DNA from: Escherichia phage JH2
Reading direction: 5' to 3' (one strand)
Sequence record: KF055347
DNA length: 64,000 nt
Each line of letters begins with the position of its first letter. The first letter of the stretch is position 1. The notes under the pieces are model-generated. The model saw only the letters and a program-made list of their open reading frames with translations, made no database searches and was not told the DNA's origin. A program made the position numbers and the translations under genes. Below are positions 1 through 8,504 of this stretch, piece after piece.

Positions 1-27
1 CAATTTACAGACTTTTATCAGGCTTGT

Positions 28-261
28 CTAGTCTTTTTCAATGATAATTTCATATTGACCATCAACGCTGTCAAAATAAACGCCGTCGCTGTCTTCTGTC
101 TTAAAATAACACTGAATGTCATCACTGGCGGGGTAGTCTTGTCTTGCTATCTGACAGACCTGAACGGCATTTTCTTTACTTCCTGTAAACTCCTCAAGCC
201 CTTTAAAATCACATGAATGGCCATTACAAATAGAAAGGATAAGATAAACGGTTGTAAGCAT
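28..261 (-). CDS. hypothetical early protein, N-terminal hydrophobic segment
   Basis: 77-aa ORF; N-terminus MLTTVYLILSICNGHSC is hydrophobic; same strand as the small-gene array. Confidence 0.4.
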   Translation of the reverse strand: MLTTVYLILSICNGHSCDFKGLEEFTGSKENAVQVCQIARQDYPASDDIQCYFKTEDSDGVYFDSVDGQYEIIIEKD

Positions 262-324
262 GATTGAAGCCCTCTAAATGGCCCTGTGTGGGCCTTAAGT
301 TAAAAGTTGGTGTCTTTGTACTGC

Positions 325-888
325 TTATCCTAAAAAGTCCTTTAAATTGCGTTCTGTGAGGTTTTCCGTGATTTTATCCAGTAGGTCACAAAACACGGAA
401 CTATCACCGCTATTCTGTACAATTTTTGCAATACTCAACAAATCATCGTCAACATATCCCAAATTGCGGTTTTTCGTATCAGGTACAAAGAAAGGTGCAT
501 ACATCGCACTAAATTTCGTTGAGTGGATACTAACAATCCAATTTTTATCAAAGTATCCGGTAAAGCTGGCAATTTCGCTCATGTTGTCACAAGAATAATC
601 GTCCTCTAGTTCTTCCTCTGGGATATCCATTTCAATAACAATTACGTCCTGCGTTTCCATTTGGAAAGCTGCTGTGATAAGCCCCGACTCTAAGGCGCTT
701 TGAATGCAGCGTTCACGGATATAAGAGACTTCCTCATCTTCCAGACATTCCGTTTTGATAACCTTATTCATTGGATAAACATAGAAACAATCGTCCATGT
801 AGGAACAGTTCCAGATACCTTCAGGCTTATCGCCACCATTCAGCAGGTTTACAAAGTTTTTGAGTGTAGTTCCGTGATAGCATTTCAT
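325..888 (-). CDS. hypothetical early protein
   Basis: 187-aa ORF; start preceded on the coding strand by conserved CCTTAAACTAGGAGATTCAAAA leader. Confidence 0.5.
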   Translation of the reverse strand: MKCYHGTTLKNFVNLLNGGDKPEGIWNCSYMDDCFYVYPMNKVIKTECLEDEEVSYIRERCIQSALESGLITAAFQMETQDVIVIEMDIPEEELEDDYSCDNMSEIASFTGYFDKNWIVSIHSTKFSAMYAPFFVPDTKNRNLGYVDDDLLSIAKIVQNSGDSSVFCDLLDKITENLTERNLKDFLG

Positions 889-980
889 TTTTGAATCTCC
901 TAGTTTAAGGACTTGATTTAGTGGTAAAGCTCTTTATCTGGGGCTTACTTTATCGAACTATAAGCCCCTTGTAAAGTACT
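889..980 (-). promoter_or_regulatory. early intergenic cassette type A: GGGGCTTA..TAAGCCCC hairpin plus conserved AGGAGA leader
   Basis: near-identical ~90-bp sequence recurs between consecutive small genes; stem GGGGCTTA (940-947) pairs with TAAGCCCC (961-968). Confidence 0.55.
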
Positions 981-1184
981 TTATCGGTTATTTTTGATAA
1001 CTTTTAAAACTGCGCGGTATCCTAAGCAATAAGAATCACCGAAGAGCGACCGACCCATGAATGAATCCTCTTTGATATCCTTTGCAGTGACAGTCTTTTC
1101 TACGCCGTGAAAAAGAACTATATCGCCAACTTTGATATCTTTGATATGAGTAGTTTCAATGTTTAAACCGTTGATAATAGCCAT
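981..1184 (-). CDS. hypothetical early protein
   Basis: 67-aa ORF flanked by cassettes. Confidence 0.4.
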   Translation of the reverse strand: MAIINGLNIETTHIKDIKVGDIVLFHGVEKTVTAKDIKEDSFMGRSLFGDSYCLGYRAVLKVIKNNR

Positions 1185-1284
1185 TCTTGAATCTCCTAGT
1201 TTAAGGACTTTACTTAGTGGGGAGGTTATCCCTCCCGTTGATTAGTAATTTACTTGTTTTAAAAATCAATGTCAACAAAATTTT
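1185..1284 (-). promoter_or_regulatory. early intergenic cassette type B: GGGAGG..CCTCCC hairpin plus conserved leader
   Basis: GGGAGG (1220-1225) pairs with CCTCCC (1231-1236); same unit recurs at 2048-2134. Confidence 0.5.
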
Positions 1285-1689
1285 TTAGAGTTCTGCATAA
1301 ATTGCATCGCAGATACCACGAAAATCATGATTTGTCAAATTACGTTGTAACCAAGTGGCGAAAAAGTCAGCGATTGCAAAGTTAGCGTCATACTCGACAG
1401 ATAGCCATACTTTAACAGCAAATCTAAGCATTTTCAAATCCAGCTCTCTATTCATTACCTTAGATTTGCCTAACATGTCGGTCATTTCATATTGCGCACC
1501 GTCTAGCGTGATACCGGCTGCAACGTCAGCCAATGAGTTTTTTACGCTTTCAACGTCTAAGATAACACTTTGAATCTTCCCGATAATGTTTTGCAGTGTT
1601 TCGTCTGGCGCTGATGACGTGATAACATTAATCCGGTTGACGGTCAAACGTGCTTTTAAGATTAATAATTCGCGGTTATTAATAGCCAT
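1285..1689 (-). CDS. hypothetical early protein
   Basis: 134-aa ORF flanked by cassettes. Confidence 0.5.
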   Translation of the reverse strand: MAINNRELLILKARLTVNRINVITSSAPDETLQNIIGKIQSVILDVESVKNSLADVAAGITLDGAQYEMTDMLGKSKVMNRELDLKMLRFAVKVWLSVEYDANFAIADFFATWLQRNLTNHDFRGICDAIYAEL

Positions 1690-1774
1690 TTTTGAATCTC
1701 CAATTTAGGATTTAGTGGTAAAGCTCTTTATCTGGGGCTTACTTTATCGAACTATAAGCCCCTTGTAAAGTACT
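1690..1774 (-). promoter_or_regulatory. early intergenic cassette type A
   Basis: repeat of ctctttatctggggcttactttatcgaactataagccccttgtaaagtactttat. Confidence 0.55.
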
Positions 1775-2047
1775 TTATACTAAATGCAGCTTTTTACCTT
1801 TTACTATGATGTAACTTGATGCGCTATTGCTGCAAACATCCTGATAAATTCTGCGCAAACGGCCTTCATAGTATACTTTCCAACTAGTTGGAATCTTTTT
1901 ACCATATCCCGTAGCAGTTTTTTGGAATCCAGCAAGTTGCCAATCCAAAATATGTTGTTCAGCTTGTAAATCCTCGAAGTGCATTACACCGTTCACATAG
2001 TGGCGCAAAGTTACATTTAGAGTACGACCGTTGTTAGTAGTATACAT
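1775..2047 (-). CDS. hypothetical early protein
   Basis: 90-aa ORF flanked by cassettes. Confidence 0.45.
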   Translation of the reverse strand: MYTTNNGRTLNVTLRHYVNGVMHFEDLQAEQHILDWQLAGFQKTATGYGKKIPTSWKVYYEGRLRRIYQDVCSNSASSYIIVKGKKLHLV

Positions 2048-2134
2048 TTTCTAATCTCCTAGTTTAAGGACTTTACTTAGTGGGGAGGTCATCCCTCCCG
2101 TTGATTAGTAATTTACTTGTTTTAAAAACCAAAA
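2048..2134 (-). promoter_or_regulatory. early intergenic cassette type B
   Basis: second copy of the GGGAGG..CCTCCC hairpin unit. Confidence 0.5.
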
Positions 2135-2467
2135 TCAAGAGAAATTTTTTCGTTTGCTCAATTCTTGAACAATTACAGCGTAGTAGTCTTTTAAGTCACT
2201 GATATTTAAAGCATTTATCAGTGAATTATAATCATCGACTAACTGAAAATCATCTTTGAAGATATCACTTATCTGATAGGTTTTCGCTTTGAATCTGAAG
2301 CTCATTTCTAGCCGCTTTATTTGCTCATCACTTAAACGCTCCAGAAAGCTCATTACAAGGCTATTATTGACCTGTTGCGTGATTGCCTTACTTGCCAGAT
2401 TGTAGGCGCTGTAAGCCTTATAAAGTGCTATAATGGCGATGATTGCAGTGATGCCCATCATTAGCAT
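2135..2467 (-). CDS. hypothetical membrane-associated early protein
   Basis: 110-aa ORF; N-terminus MLMMGITAIIAIIALY is hydrophobic. Confidence 0.5.
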   Translation of the reverse strand: MLMMGITAIIAIIALYKAYSAYNLASKAITQQVNNSLVMSFLERLSDEQIKRLEMSFRFKAKTYQISDIFKDDFQLVDDYNSLINALNISDLKDYYAVIVQELSKRKNFS

Positions 2468-2757
2468 GGTGTTACCTCTCTGCGTGATACTTTACCATTT
2501 ACAGTTATCTCATAAGCTTCTAATAAATCACTTTCAGATTTAACAGGACTTTTAAAAGTATCATCATAAACATTAATTTGCAATACAGGCTTTTTATACT
2601 CCCTGCAACTATTCCATAAGCAAATTACTACGCGACGGCCTTTTATTTTGCCGTGTAACCATTCCATAACATCATGACTATTTCTTGATGTCTCGATAAA
2701 ATCAATTTTATTGAGTAATTTGCTTAGATTTTCACGCACTTGATTTGATAATTTCAT
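2461..2757 (-). CDS. hypothetical early protein
   Basis: 98-aa ORF; 7-nt overlap with the downstream gene. Confidence 0.45.
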   Translation of the reverse strand: MKLSNQVRENLSKLLNKIDFIETSRNSHDVMEWLHGKIKGRRVVICLWNSCREYKKPVLQINVYDDTFKSPVKSESDLLEAYEITVNGKVSRREVTPC

Positions 2758-2849
2758 TTTTGAATCTCCTAGTTTAAGGGCTTTATTTGATAAATCTCTT
2801 TATCTGGGGCTATCCTACCAGCTTGTTAGCCCCGTGTAAAGAAATCTAT
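2758..2849 (-). promoter_or_regulatory. early intergenic cassette, type A variant
   Basis: same leader; hairpin variant ggggctatcctaccagcttgttagcccc. Confidence 0.45.
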
Positions 2850-3362
2850 TTAGTTCTTAAAGATATTCATCACTGAATCTTTCAACGATTCCAAACGTTC
2901 TAATACTTCAGATTCTGCGTCTGCGTTGTTCACCTCTTCTTTTAGTCTATCCTCTAAATCATCGCCGTCACGATAGCGCCAATCGAAAGCGTAACCAAGA
3001 TAAAAACTTTCTAAAACCGTGCTACCGTTTGCATCCACAACTTTCGCGGCAAGGCTATACTCTGAAGCCTCTAAATCTCTTTCTAGTTCTTTCTGTAAGC
3101 TTGTGTAAGCCTCTTTCGATGGATTCTCACGGCCTTGTTTTGCATAGTCACTTGAAAGCTGCTTAAGGCTGTAATGCAAAGGGATTGCATATTTAAACTC
3201 ATTACGCTGACAGTTGGTGTTTTTAATAGTTACACCGCCTTGATGGTCATCTGTAAACTCCCAATTATCCATATTATGGCTTGCTTCGTAGCAATTAACA
3301 GCCTCATAAATGATGGAAAATTTTTCTTTTACAACTTCAAAGGTAGCGTCTACAGTTTTCAT
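2850..3362 (-). CDS. hypothetical early protein
   Basis: 170-aa ORF. Confidence 0.5.
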   Translation of the reverse strand: MKTVDATFEVVKEKFSIIYEAVNCYEASHNMDNWEFTDDHQGGVTIKNTNCQRNEFKYAIPLHYSLKQLSSDYAKQGRENPSKEAYTSLQKELERDLEASEYSLAAKVVDANGSTVLESFYLGYAFDWRYRDGDDLEDRLKEEVNNADAESEVLERLESLKDSVMNIFKN

Positions 3363-3457
3363 TTTTGAATCTCCTAGTTTAAGGACTTGATTTAGTGGTA
3401 AAGCTCTTTATCTGGGGCTTAAGATATCAACTTTTAAGCCCCTTGTAAAGTACTTTA
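3363..3457 (-). promoter_or_regulatory. early intergenic cassette type A, GGGGCTTAA..TTAAGCCCC variant
   Basis: ggggcttaagatatcaacttttaagcccc followed by ttgtaaagtactttat. Confidence 0.55.
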
Positions 3458-3730
3458 TCAGATTAAATTGCCAGTTAATGATAAGTGCATTTTATAGCCT
3501 TTTTTGGTAAAAACGTTCACTTTACCGAGTGATTTTACACCTTTAAAAATGTTGTTTGAACTGCGTTTTAAGGTTAGTTGCTTATCAGCTTTCACGCCCC
3601 ACCTTACAGCAGTTTGTTTTCCGTTGTCAACCACTTTTCCGCATAACTTTTTAGCCATAACGCGAGCGTCATCACGAGTCTTTGCAGTAATTACAACGTT
3701 TTTGATAATAGCCATTTTTAAGTTCTCCAA
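3458..3730 (-). CDS. hypothetical early protein
   Basis: 90-aa ORF, basic. Confidence 0.45.
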   Translation of the reverse strand: MENLKMAIIKNVVITAKTRDDARVMAKKLCGKVVDNGKQTAVRWGVKADKQLTLKRSSNNIFKGVKSLGKVNVFTKKGYKMHLSLTGNLI

Positions 3731-3804
3731 TTTAGGATTTAGTGGTAAAGCTCTTTATCTGGGGCTTACTTTATCGAACTATAAGCCCCTTGTAAAGTAC
3801 TTTA
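3731..3804 (-). promoter_or_regulatory. early intergenic cassette type A
   Basis: repeat copy. Confidence 0.55.
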
Positions 3805-4185
3805 TTAGTTAATTTTGAAAATTGTCACATAACCATCGCTCCCGATGATTTGTGATACCCCAGCTTTCTCTACTTGATAGCCCATATTTTCAAGATGGTA
3901 AACAGCATCATCGTAACCATATGCGCCACCCTGATAACGTCGCTTATCACATTTTATCAGGTTTTTACCGCGTCCAGCAAGTGCATTCAGTACGGCTTTT
4001 TCACTTGATAGTGTACCATCTATCATGGTTGCCGTGTAATGGTTGATTTTATTCCCATTAATATCATACTTAAAATTGAATGCGTGAACAATAATCAATT
4101 TACCGTTAAATTTTTCATCAAGTGACTTCTCCAGTGCGTTGCGGAAGTTGTCTTTATTGATGAATTTCGGTGCACGATAAGCCAT
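3805..4185 (-). CDS. hypothetical early protein
   Basis: 126-aa ORF. Confidence 0.5.
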   Translation of the reverse strand: MAYRAPKFINKDNFRNALEKSLDEKFNGKLIIVHAFNFKYDINGNKINHYTATMIDGTLSSEKAVLNALAGRGKNLIKCDKRRYQGGAYGYDDAVYHLENMGYQVEKAGVSQIIGSDGYVTIFKIN

Positions 4186-4273
4186 TTTAGAATCTCCTAG
4201 TTTAAGGTAAGTTAGTAAAGCTCTTTATCTGGGGCTTAAGATATCAGCTTTTAAGCCCCTTGTAAAGTACTTT
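4186..4273 (-). promoter_or_regulatory. early intergenic cassette type A
   Basis: repeat copy, ggggcttaagatatcagcttttaagcccc. Confidence 0.55.
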
Positions 4274-4480
4274 TTATATATCGTAATAGTAAACCGCTGT
4301 CTGTTTTATATGTCGCTTTGTATTCTTTGTTAGGTAGCAATTAGAGTTAATTGCCGTTTCTACATAGTTGCAATAATCAGCTTCTGATATTCTACGCCAT
4401 GCGCCGCACACTTGCATATAAAAACGTTTTGCCTTTGTGTTAACGTTGGTTGTAACCATCAATTCGCGACTGTACATCAT
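4274..4480 (-). CDS. hypothetical early protein
   Basis: 68-aa ORF; first gene downstream of the repeat-rich non-coding region. Confidence 0.4.
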   Translation of the reverse strand: MMYSRELMVTTNVNTKAKRFYMQVCGAWRRISEADYCNYVETAINSNCYLTKNTKRHIKQTAVYYYDI

Positions 4481-4987
4481 TTTGGATTCTCCAGTTTAGG
4501 AAGTGGGCTTGCTTGCCCGTCTGATGCAAATATTAGATAACCATACTCAAAGAGTCAATAGGAATTTTAAAAATATTTTTGCAAAAAACTGTAATGAAAC
4601 GGGCGCACGCGACTACCACAAAACAGAACTACAATCAAGAATTATTTTTCAATCCGCTACAAATTTTTCTGTTGACTTTTCTTTTCGGATGTGGTAGCCT
4701 TGTGAGAAATGGCGACATCCCCACCTACACCCACCTACCTGCACAATTCTAAAATGATTTTTCTTGCCCGACCTGAGTGGGTTCTGCACGTTTTGAAAAT
4801 GAAAAAGCTCTTTGGAGATTACCTGCACAGTTTGAAAATGAATTTTCTCTTTGGAGTTCAAAATTCTCTCTACAGATTTCTGTCCAGAACTCTACCTGCA
4901 CAATCCTGAAATGAAAAAACCCTCCTTACCTGAAAAATTTACCAGATAAGAAAGGCTTAGTCTATTGTGAATATTCTACAGAGTTTC
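4481..4987. repeat. ~500-bp non-coding region with four direct repeats of CTGCACA(A/G)TT(C/T)TGAAAATGA
   Basis: repeat copies begin near 4737, 4784, 4821 and 4894; only short low-complexity ORFs; a GGGC..GCCC hairpin near 4504-4517. Confidence 0.5.
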
Positions 4988-5773
4988 TTAGTTCTTTGCG
5001 TCTAAGAAGGTAACTTCCGGTGAAGAGAAAATTTCCTCGATATCCTCATCAGTTCTTGCATAGATATACGTATCTGCATCACTGCCAAATGTTACTGCAA
5101 TCTTGTGATTGCTCTTCGACAGGTGGGTAACTAGGGCGTTACTTAGAGACATCTTTTCAACCGGAGGGTTACTTTGATGTATCTTGCCTTTTCTTCGTCT
5201 GAAGAGGGTAACTGCATCATCAGTGAACACTACTACACCTGCAAAGTATTCTGGTTCACAGTAGTTCTTCCAACCTGAGCGTAACTTGTGGTACATCTCT
5301 CCTTCGTAGACATACAGATACACATCTACACTCTTCATCAACTGATTAATGATAACGGTGACGGCTTGAGGGTCTAGCCCACCGATACCTGCACCAATCA
5401 TAGGTAACCCAACTTTCTTCAACTGATTAACTTCACAGTATCTGTTAAGCTGTTTCAAAGATGACTCTAAAGCACTATATCGGGCATCTTTACCAGTCTT
5501 AAGCTGAGTGTAAAGATTAGCTATACGGCCTTGTTCTAAACGTGCTACAGAGAAATTGCCTAGTAAATTTTCACAGGGTTTGTTACGAATGCCACCTGCA
5601 AACAGGTAAACTTCTGTGTTAGTATCATACACTTTTGGATAACGCTTAGAAATAGTTGCTGCAATACCTGCACCCATGAAATTCATACAGTTGCAACCAT
5701 GACCAATGATATCAAATTTACCTTTATCAAAGGCGTCAAAGATATCACCTTTGATGATTTTTACAATACCCAT
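4988..5773 (-). CDS. putative macro-domain (ADP-ribose binding/processing) protein
   Basis: 261 aa; N-terminal DIIGHGCNCMNFMGAGIAATISKRYP resembles the macro-domain Gly-rich ADP-ribose binding loop; C-terminal half unassigned. Confidence 0.4.
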   Translation of the reverse strand: MGIVKIIKGDIFDAFDKGKFDIIGHGCNCMNFMGAGIAATISKRYPKVYDTNTEVYLFAGGIRNKPCENLLGNFSVARLEQGRIANLYTQLKTGKDARYSALESSLKQLNRYCEVNQLKKVGLPMIGAGIGGLDPQAVTVIINQLMKSVDVYLYVYEGEMYHKLRSGWKNYCEPEYFAGVVVFTDDAVTLFRRRKGKIHQSNPPVEKMSLSNALVTHLSKSNHKIAVTFGSDADTYIYARTDEDIEEIFSSPEVTFLDAKN

Positions 5774-6010
5774 TTAACATCTCTCCCAAGATTCTTTATC
5801 TTCTGAAGGTTTTACACGCTGTCCTTCATGGTCTACCCAGATACATCCACAACCTTCACAGATTACTGGCATTGCATAGCCAGCTTTAAAGTCGTCTTCA
5901 GTGATAAGACCTTTTAAGTCACCTGTATCACGTCCGAACATTTCGATAGCACAGTCTTTACAGAAGTCAGCCATGAATAATTGCCTCTTGAATGATGATG
6001 CCTTTACCAC
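5774..6010 (-). CDS. hypothetical Cys-rich protein
   Basis: 78 aa with CKDC..CEGCGC. Confidence 0.4.
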   Translation of the reverse strand: MVKASSFKRQLFMADFCKDCAIEMFGRDTGDLKGLITEDDFKAGYAMPVICEGCGCIWVDHEGQRVKPSEDKESWERC

Positions 6011-6200
6011 AACGACTTTTAAAATCTTCTAATGGTTCAGAGAAGAAGTTACGGAAATGGTTACTGCACTCACGTTTCATCACCTTCTTGTAAGTTAACG
6101 CATCTTCTCCTGCAAACGGAACGACTTCATGTCTCCCTTTGAATACTGCTGAACTTACAATCTTACGTGTCTTTTTATCTCTGGCTAGTATTACTTTCAT
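5967..6200 (-). CDS. hypothetical protein
   Basis: 77-aa ORF; 44-nt overlap with the downstream ORF. Confidence 0.35.
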   Translation of the reverse strand: MKVILARDKKTRKIVSSAVFKGRHEVVPFAGEDALTYKKVMKRECSNHFRNFFSEPLEDFKSRCGKGIIIQEAIIHG

Positions 6201-6507
6201 AGTTTACCTTCTCAGTTAGCTCATACAAATCAACATGCTCAATACTATCAATGTTGATACCAATCTTTTTGAAGCGTTCTATCACTTCGTTGTCAGTCAT
6301 CCATATCAGACACCAATGATTGTGGATGGATTCTTCAAGAAGGTCAACACAATCTTTAAAAGTCTTTGTGTCACTTCTTGTTCCGACTACTGCGATTGTC
6401 CCATACAACCACTTACCATTACCATATGATACTTGTGCTACGCCAACTTCTTTATCTTTCTCGTAGTAAACGGCTACAAAGTCTCTTCCATTAATCTGCA
6501 TAGTCAC
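6175..6507 (-). CDS. hypothetical protein
   Basis: 110-aa ORF. Confidence 0.45.
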   Translation of the reverse strand: MTMQINGRDFVAVYYEKDKEVGVAQVSYGNGKWLYGTIAVVGTRSDTKTFKDCVDLLEESIHNHWCLIWMTDNEVIERFKKIGINIDSIEHVDLYELTEKVNYESNTSQR

Positions 6508-6773
6508 TTCCTCGTTTTAAGAACTGCTAAGATTTCTTTAGAGTCTGGTAAGAACCATGTGTAGTGATTCTCTTTGATTTCTGGATGAGTGTCAACCTTT
6601 ATTTTACACTCTTTACCAACATGCTTAAGCTGTGCTGTGACACCTTGCATAAAGATATGACACATCACGTTGTCCATAATGGTTGGTGAGAAATCAACCC
6701 GCATATAAGTTTCTTTTGGTCGTGGTAGCAGTAAGTACCCTTCTACATAGAAAGTGTCTTCATTCTCTGTCAT
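6504..6773 (-). CDS. hypothetical protein
   Basis: 89-aa ORF, 4-nt overlaps at both ends. Confidence 0.45.
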   Translation of the reverse strand: MTENEDTFYVEGYLLLPRPKETYMRVDFSPTIMDNVMCHIFMQGVTAQLKHVGKECKIKVDTHPEIKENHYTWFLPDSKEILAVLKTRK

Positions 6774-7039
6774 TGCTGTTTGTTTCCTAATAAAATCATA
6801 TCAATAAGGTTATTAGCTTTGATTGTGCACTGGTAAAAACCATCACGATAAAACTCAAGGGCTGCTGCCACATCACTACCAGTATTACCTTTGACAGTGA
6901 ATCTTGATTCTTCTTGAGTATACTTGTCACTCTCACTTACTTGGGAGTTTTTGAATGTACTGTTCACTTTGCTCGTTGAACACCCTGACATAATTATCAG
7001 TAACACAAACATTATAAAACTCTGGCTTAGTCTTTTCAT
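6770..7039 (-). CDS. putative o-spanin (outer-membrane lipoprotein, Rz1-like)
   Basis: 89 aa; signal peptide with lipobox IMSG-C; overlaps the 3-prime end of the upstream TM protein gene out of frame. Confidence 0.45.
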   Translation of the reverse strand: MKRLSQSFIMFVLLIIMSGCSTSKVNSTFKNSQVSESDKYTQEESRFTVKGNTGSDVAAALEFYRDGFYQCTIKANNLIDMILLGNKQQ

Positions 7040-7280
7040 ACGTTAGTACCTCTTTTGTATGCTTATTCTTAGCAAGCACATCTTTCAAATCATTTTTGTA
7101 ATTGGTGCTGAGTGTGGCTAAACCTTCCTGATAAGCATCTTTGGCAACACTTATTAGTTTCTCATTATTTAGCTCAGCTTCAGCAACTTGATAATCTCTG
7201 TAAGAGTATCCTCCCCAGACACCTGCCCCAACTAAGAAAACAATTATGAAAGTAGCTTGACAAAACTCTTTAAATGTCAT
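6933..7280 (-). CDS. putative i-spanin (Rz-like, N-terminal TM plus periplasmic helical domain)
   Basis: 115 aa; single N-terminal TM ATFIIVFLVGAGVWGGY then charged helical region; overlapped by a lipoprotein gene. Confidence 0.45.
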   Translation of the reverse strand: MTFKEFCQATFIIVFLVGAGVWGGYSYRDYQVAEAELNNEKLISVAKDAYQEGLATLSTNYKNDLKDVLAKNKHTKEVLTYEKTKPEFYNVCVTDNYVRVFNEQSEQYIQKLPSK

Positions 7281-7299
7281 TTAACAATCTCCTGAAATG

Positions 7300-7320
7300 A
7301 AAAAGGCTCCCGAAGGAGCC
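7300..7320 (-). terminator. rho-independent terminator-like hairpin
   Basis: GGCTCC-CGAA-GGAGCC (7305-7320) followed by a T-run on the minus strand. Confidence 0.5.
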
Positions 7321-7332
7321 TGTATCTTAACC

Positions 7333-7812
7333 TTAACTGAGGACTTTAGCAAGGATATTCGCAGCCATCGAAGAAGCTTTTGCAGCAGCAACTACGCCAG
7401 CTTTGACAGTGCCACCCTTAATAGCAGATACCGTTGCAGCATCAGTAAAGAGATAAGTGATTGTTTTAGAACCACTTGTAAAGGAAAGCATAAGAGTAGT
7501 TTCCAGATTGAAAGAGCGATACGGAGCACCTTCTTTAACGATACCTTCAGCACCTAACTCTGAAGCCTTACCCATATCATAGATAGTCATCAGGTTTTCT
7601 TTGTGTGCAGTCGTTGAACCAGCACCTTTTACGTGCTTCTTAACATTTAACAATGCACGATATTCACGAATGCTGCCATCAGCTTTTACATTAACAGCAC
7701 GGAAAATTTTACCTTCAAAGTTACCTTGAATCATTTTACGAACTACTTCAGATTTGTTTGCCGTATCGTCCAGTGCTACCGTAATGATATTGTTCATAAG
7801 TTTTTCTCTCAA
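7333..7812 (-). CDS. hypothetical protein
   Basis: 159-aa ORF. Confidence 0.5.
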   Translation of the reverse strand: MREKLMNNIITVALDDTANKSEVVRKMIQGNFEGKIFRAVNVKADGSIREYRALLNVKKHVKGAGSTTAHKENLMTIYDMGKASELGAEGIVKEGAPYRSFNLETTLMLSFTSGSKTITYLFTDAATVSAIKGGTVKAGVVAAAKASSMAANILAKVLS

Positions 7813-8504
7813 TGTTTAACTAACATGGTTTTAATGTGTGGAAGGATTCTGTTTACCTTCTGAACATTCTTCTCTGTATCTTCTATAAAGCATACTATAT
7901 TAAAGTAAGGAAGAATGCAAGACTGTATCATCCTCACTTTTAAACTTTCTGCACTTATAGAGTTAGTTCCAAAACCACGCATAAAAAGCATGTAATCATG
8001 CTCTATGTTATGCCTTAAAAACATCTCAGTAGGTATTCTCTGAGATTCACCTCTAGCTGTCAAGAGTCCAATGGCAGCATGATTAGCAATTGCATCAATA
8101 ATACTAAAAACATATGTTGGTTTTGCTCTTACAGAGTCAAGAAGATTAGTGTACTGTGAGAATGACCCATCAGTCAATTCCGTTGAGCAATCTTCGTGAT
8201 TAAAATTTGTAAGAACACCATCAATATCTGCTAAGATGAGGTTACCTTTTTCTACAAGGTCTTTATTGACTATGACTAAACTGTCACGTCTTACACCTAT
8301 AGATTGTCCGGTCTCTTTGTCCACAACGTTCACAATTGGTTCTGATGTGTGAAACTCTTCAAGTGAACATACAACTTCTCTTGCAGTATCTTCAAAATCT
8401 CTGCACTGTTCTGGAGTCCATACACAGTAATCGAGACCTAGCTCATGAGGATGCAAGTCGTAAGCATGACACAGTACTTCATCAGACTTTCTTAATTTTT
8501 TCAT
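7809..8504 (-). CDS. HAD-superfamily hydrolase-like protein (putative phosphatase)
   Basis: 231 aa; LILADIDGVLTNF matches the HAD DxDG(T/V) phosphoryl-acceptor motif. Confidence 0.45.
   Translation of the reverse strand: MKKLRKSDEVLCHAYDLHPHELGLDYCVWTPEQCRDFEDTAREVVCSLEEFHTSEPIVNVVDKETGQSIGVRRDSLVIVNKDLVEKGNLILADIDGVLTNFNHEDCSTELTDGSFSQYTNLLDSVRAKPTYVFSIIDAIANHAAIGLLTARGESQRIPTEMFLRHNIEHDYMLFMRGFGTNSISAESLKVRMIQSCILPYFNIVCFIEDTEKNVQKVNRILPHIKTMLVKH

Noticed and set aside
889-4520. Possibility that the regularly spaced ~90-bp repeats are a CRISPR array
   Set aside because: The units are imperfect, about 90 bp rather than 28-37 bp, and the intervening segments are 200-560-bp protein-coding ORFs each with an RBS; this is an intergenic regulatory repeat, not a repeat-spacer array.
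4709-4909. 66-aa plus-strand ORF with a reiterated LHxxKM peptide inside the repeat island
   Set aside because: The periodicity comes from the DNA direct repeats; the ORF has no RBS and opposes the flanking transcription direction. The region is reported as a repeat element instead.
7297-7557. 86-aa plus-strand ORF starting in the 7305-7320 hairpin
   Set aside because: It begins inside a terminator hairpin and runs antisense to a minus-strand gene; its start is just the palindrome.
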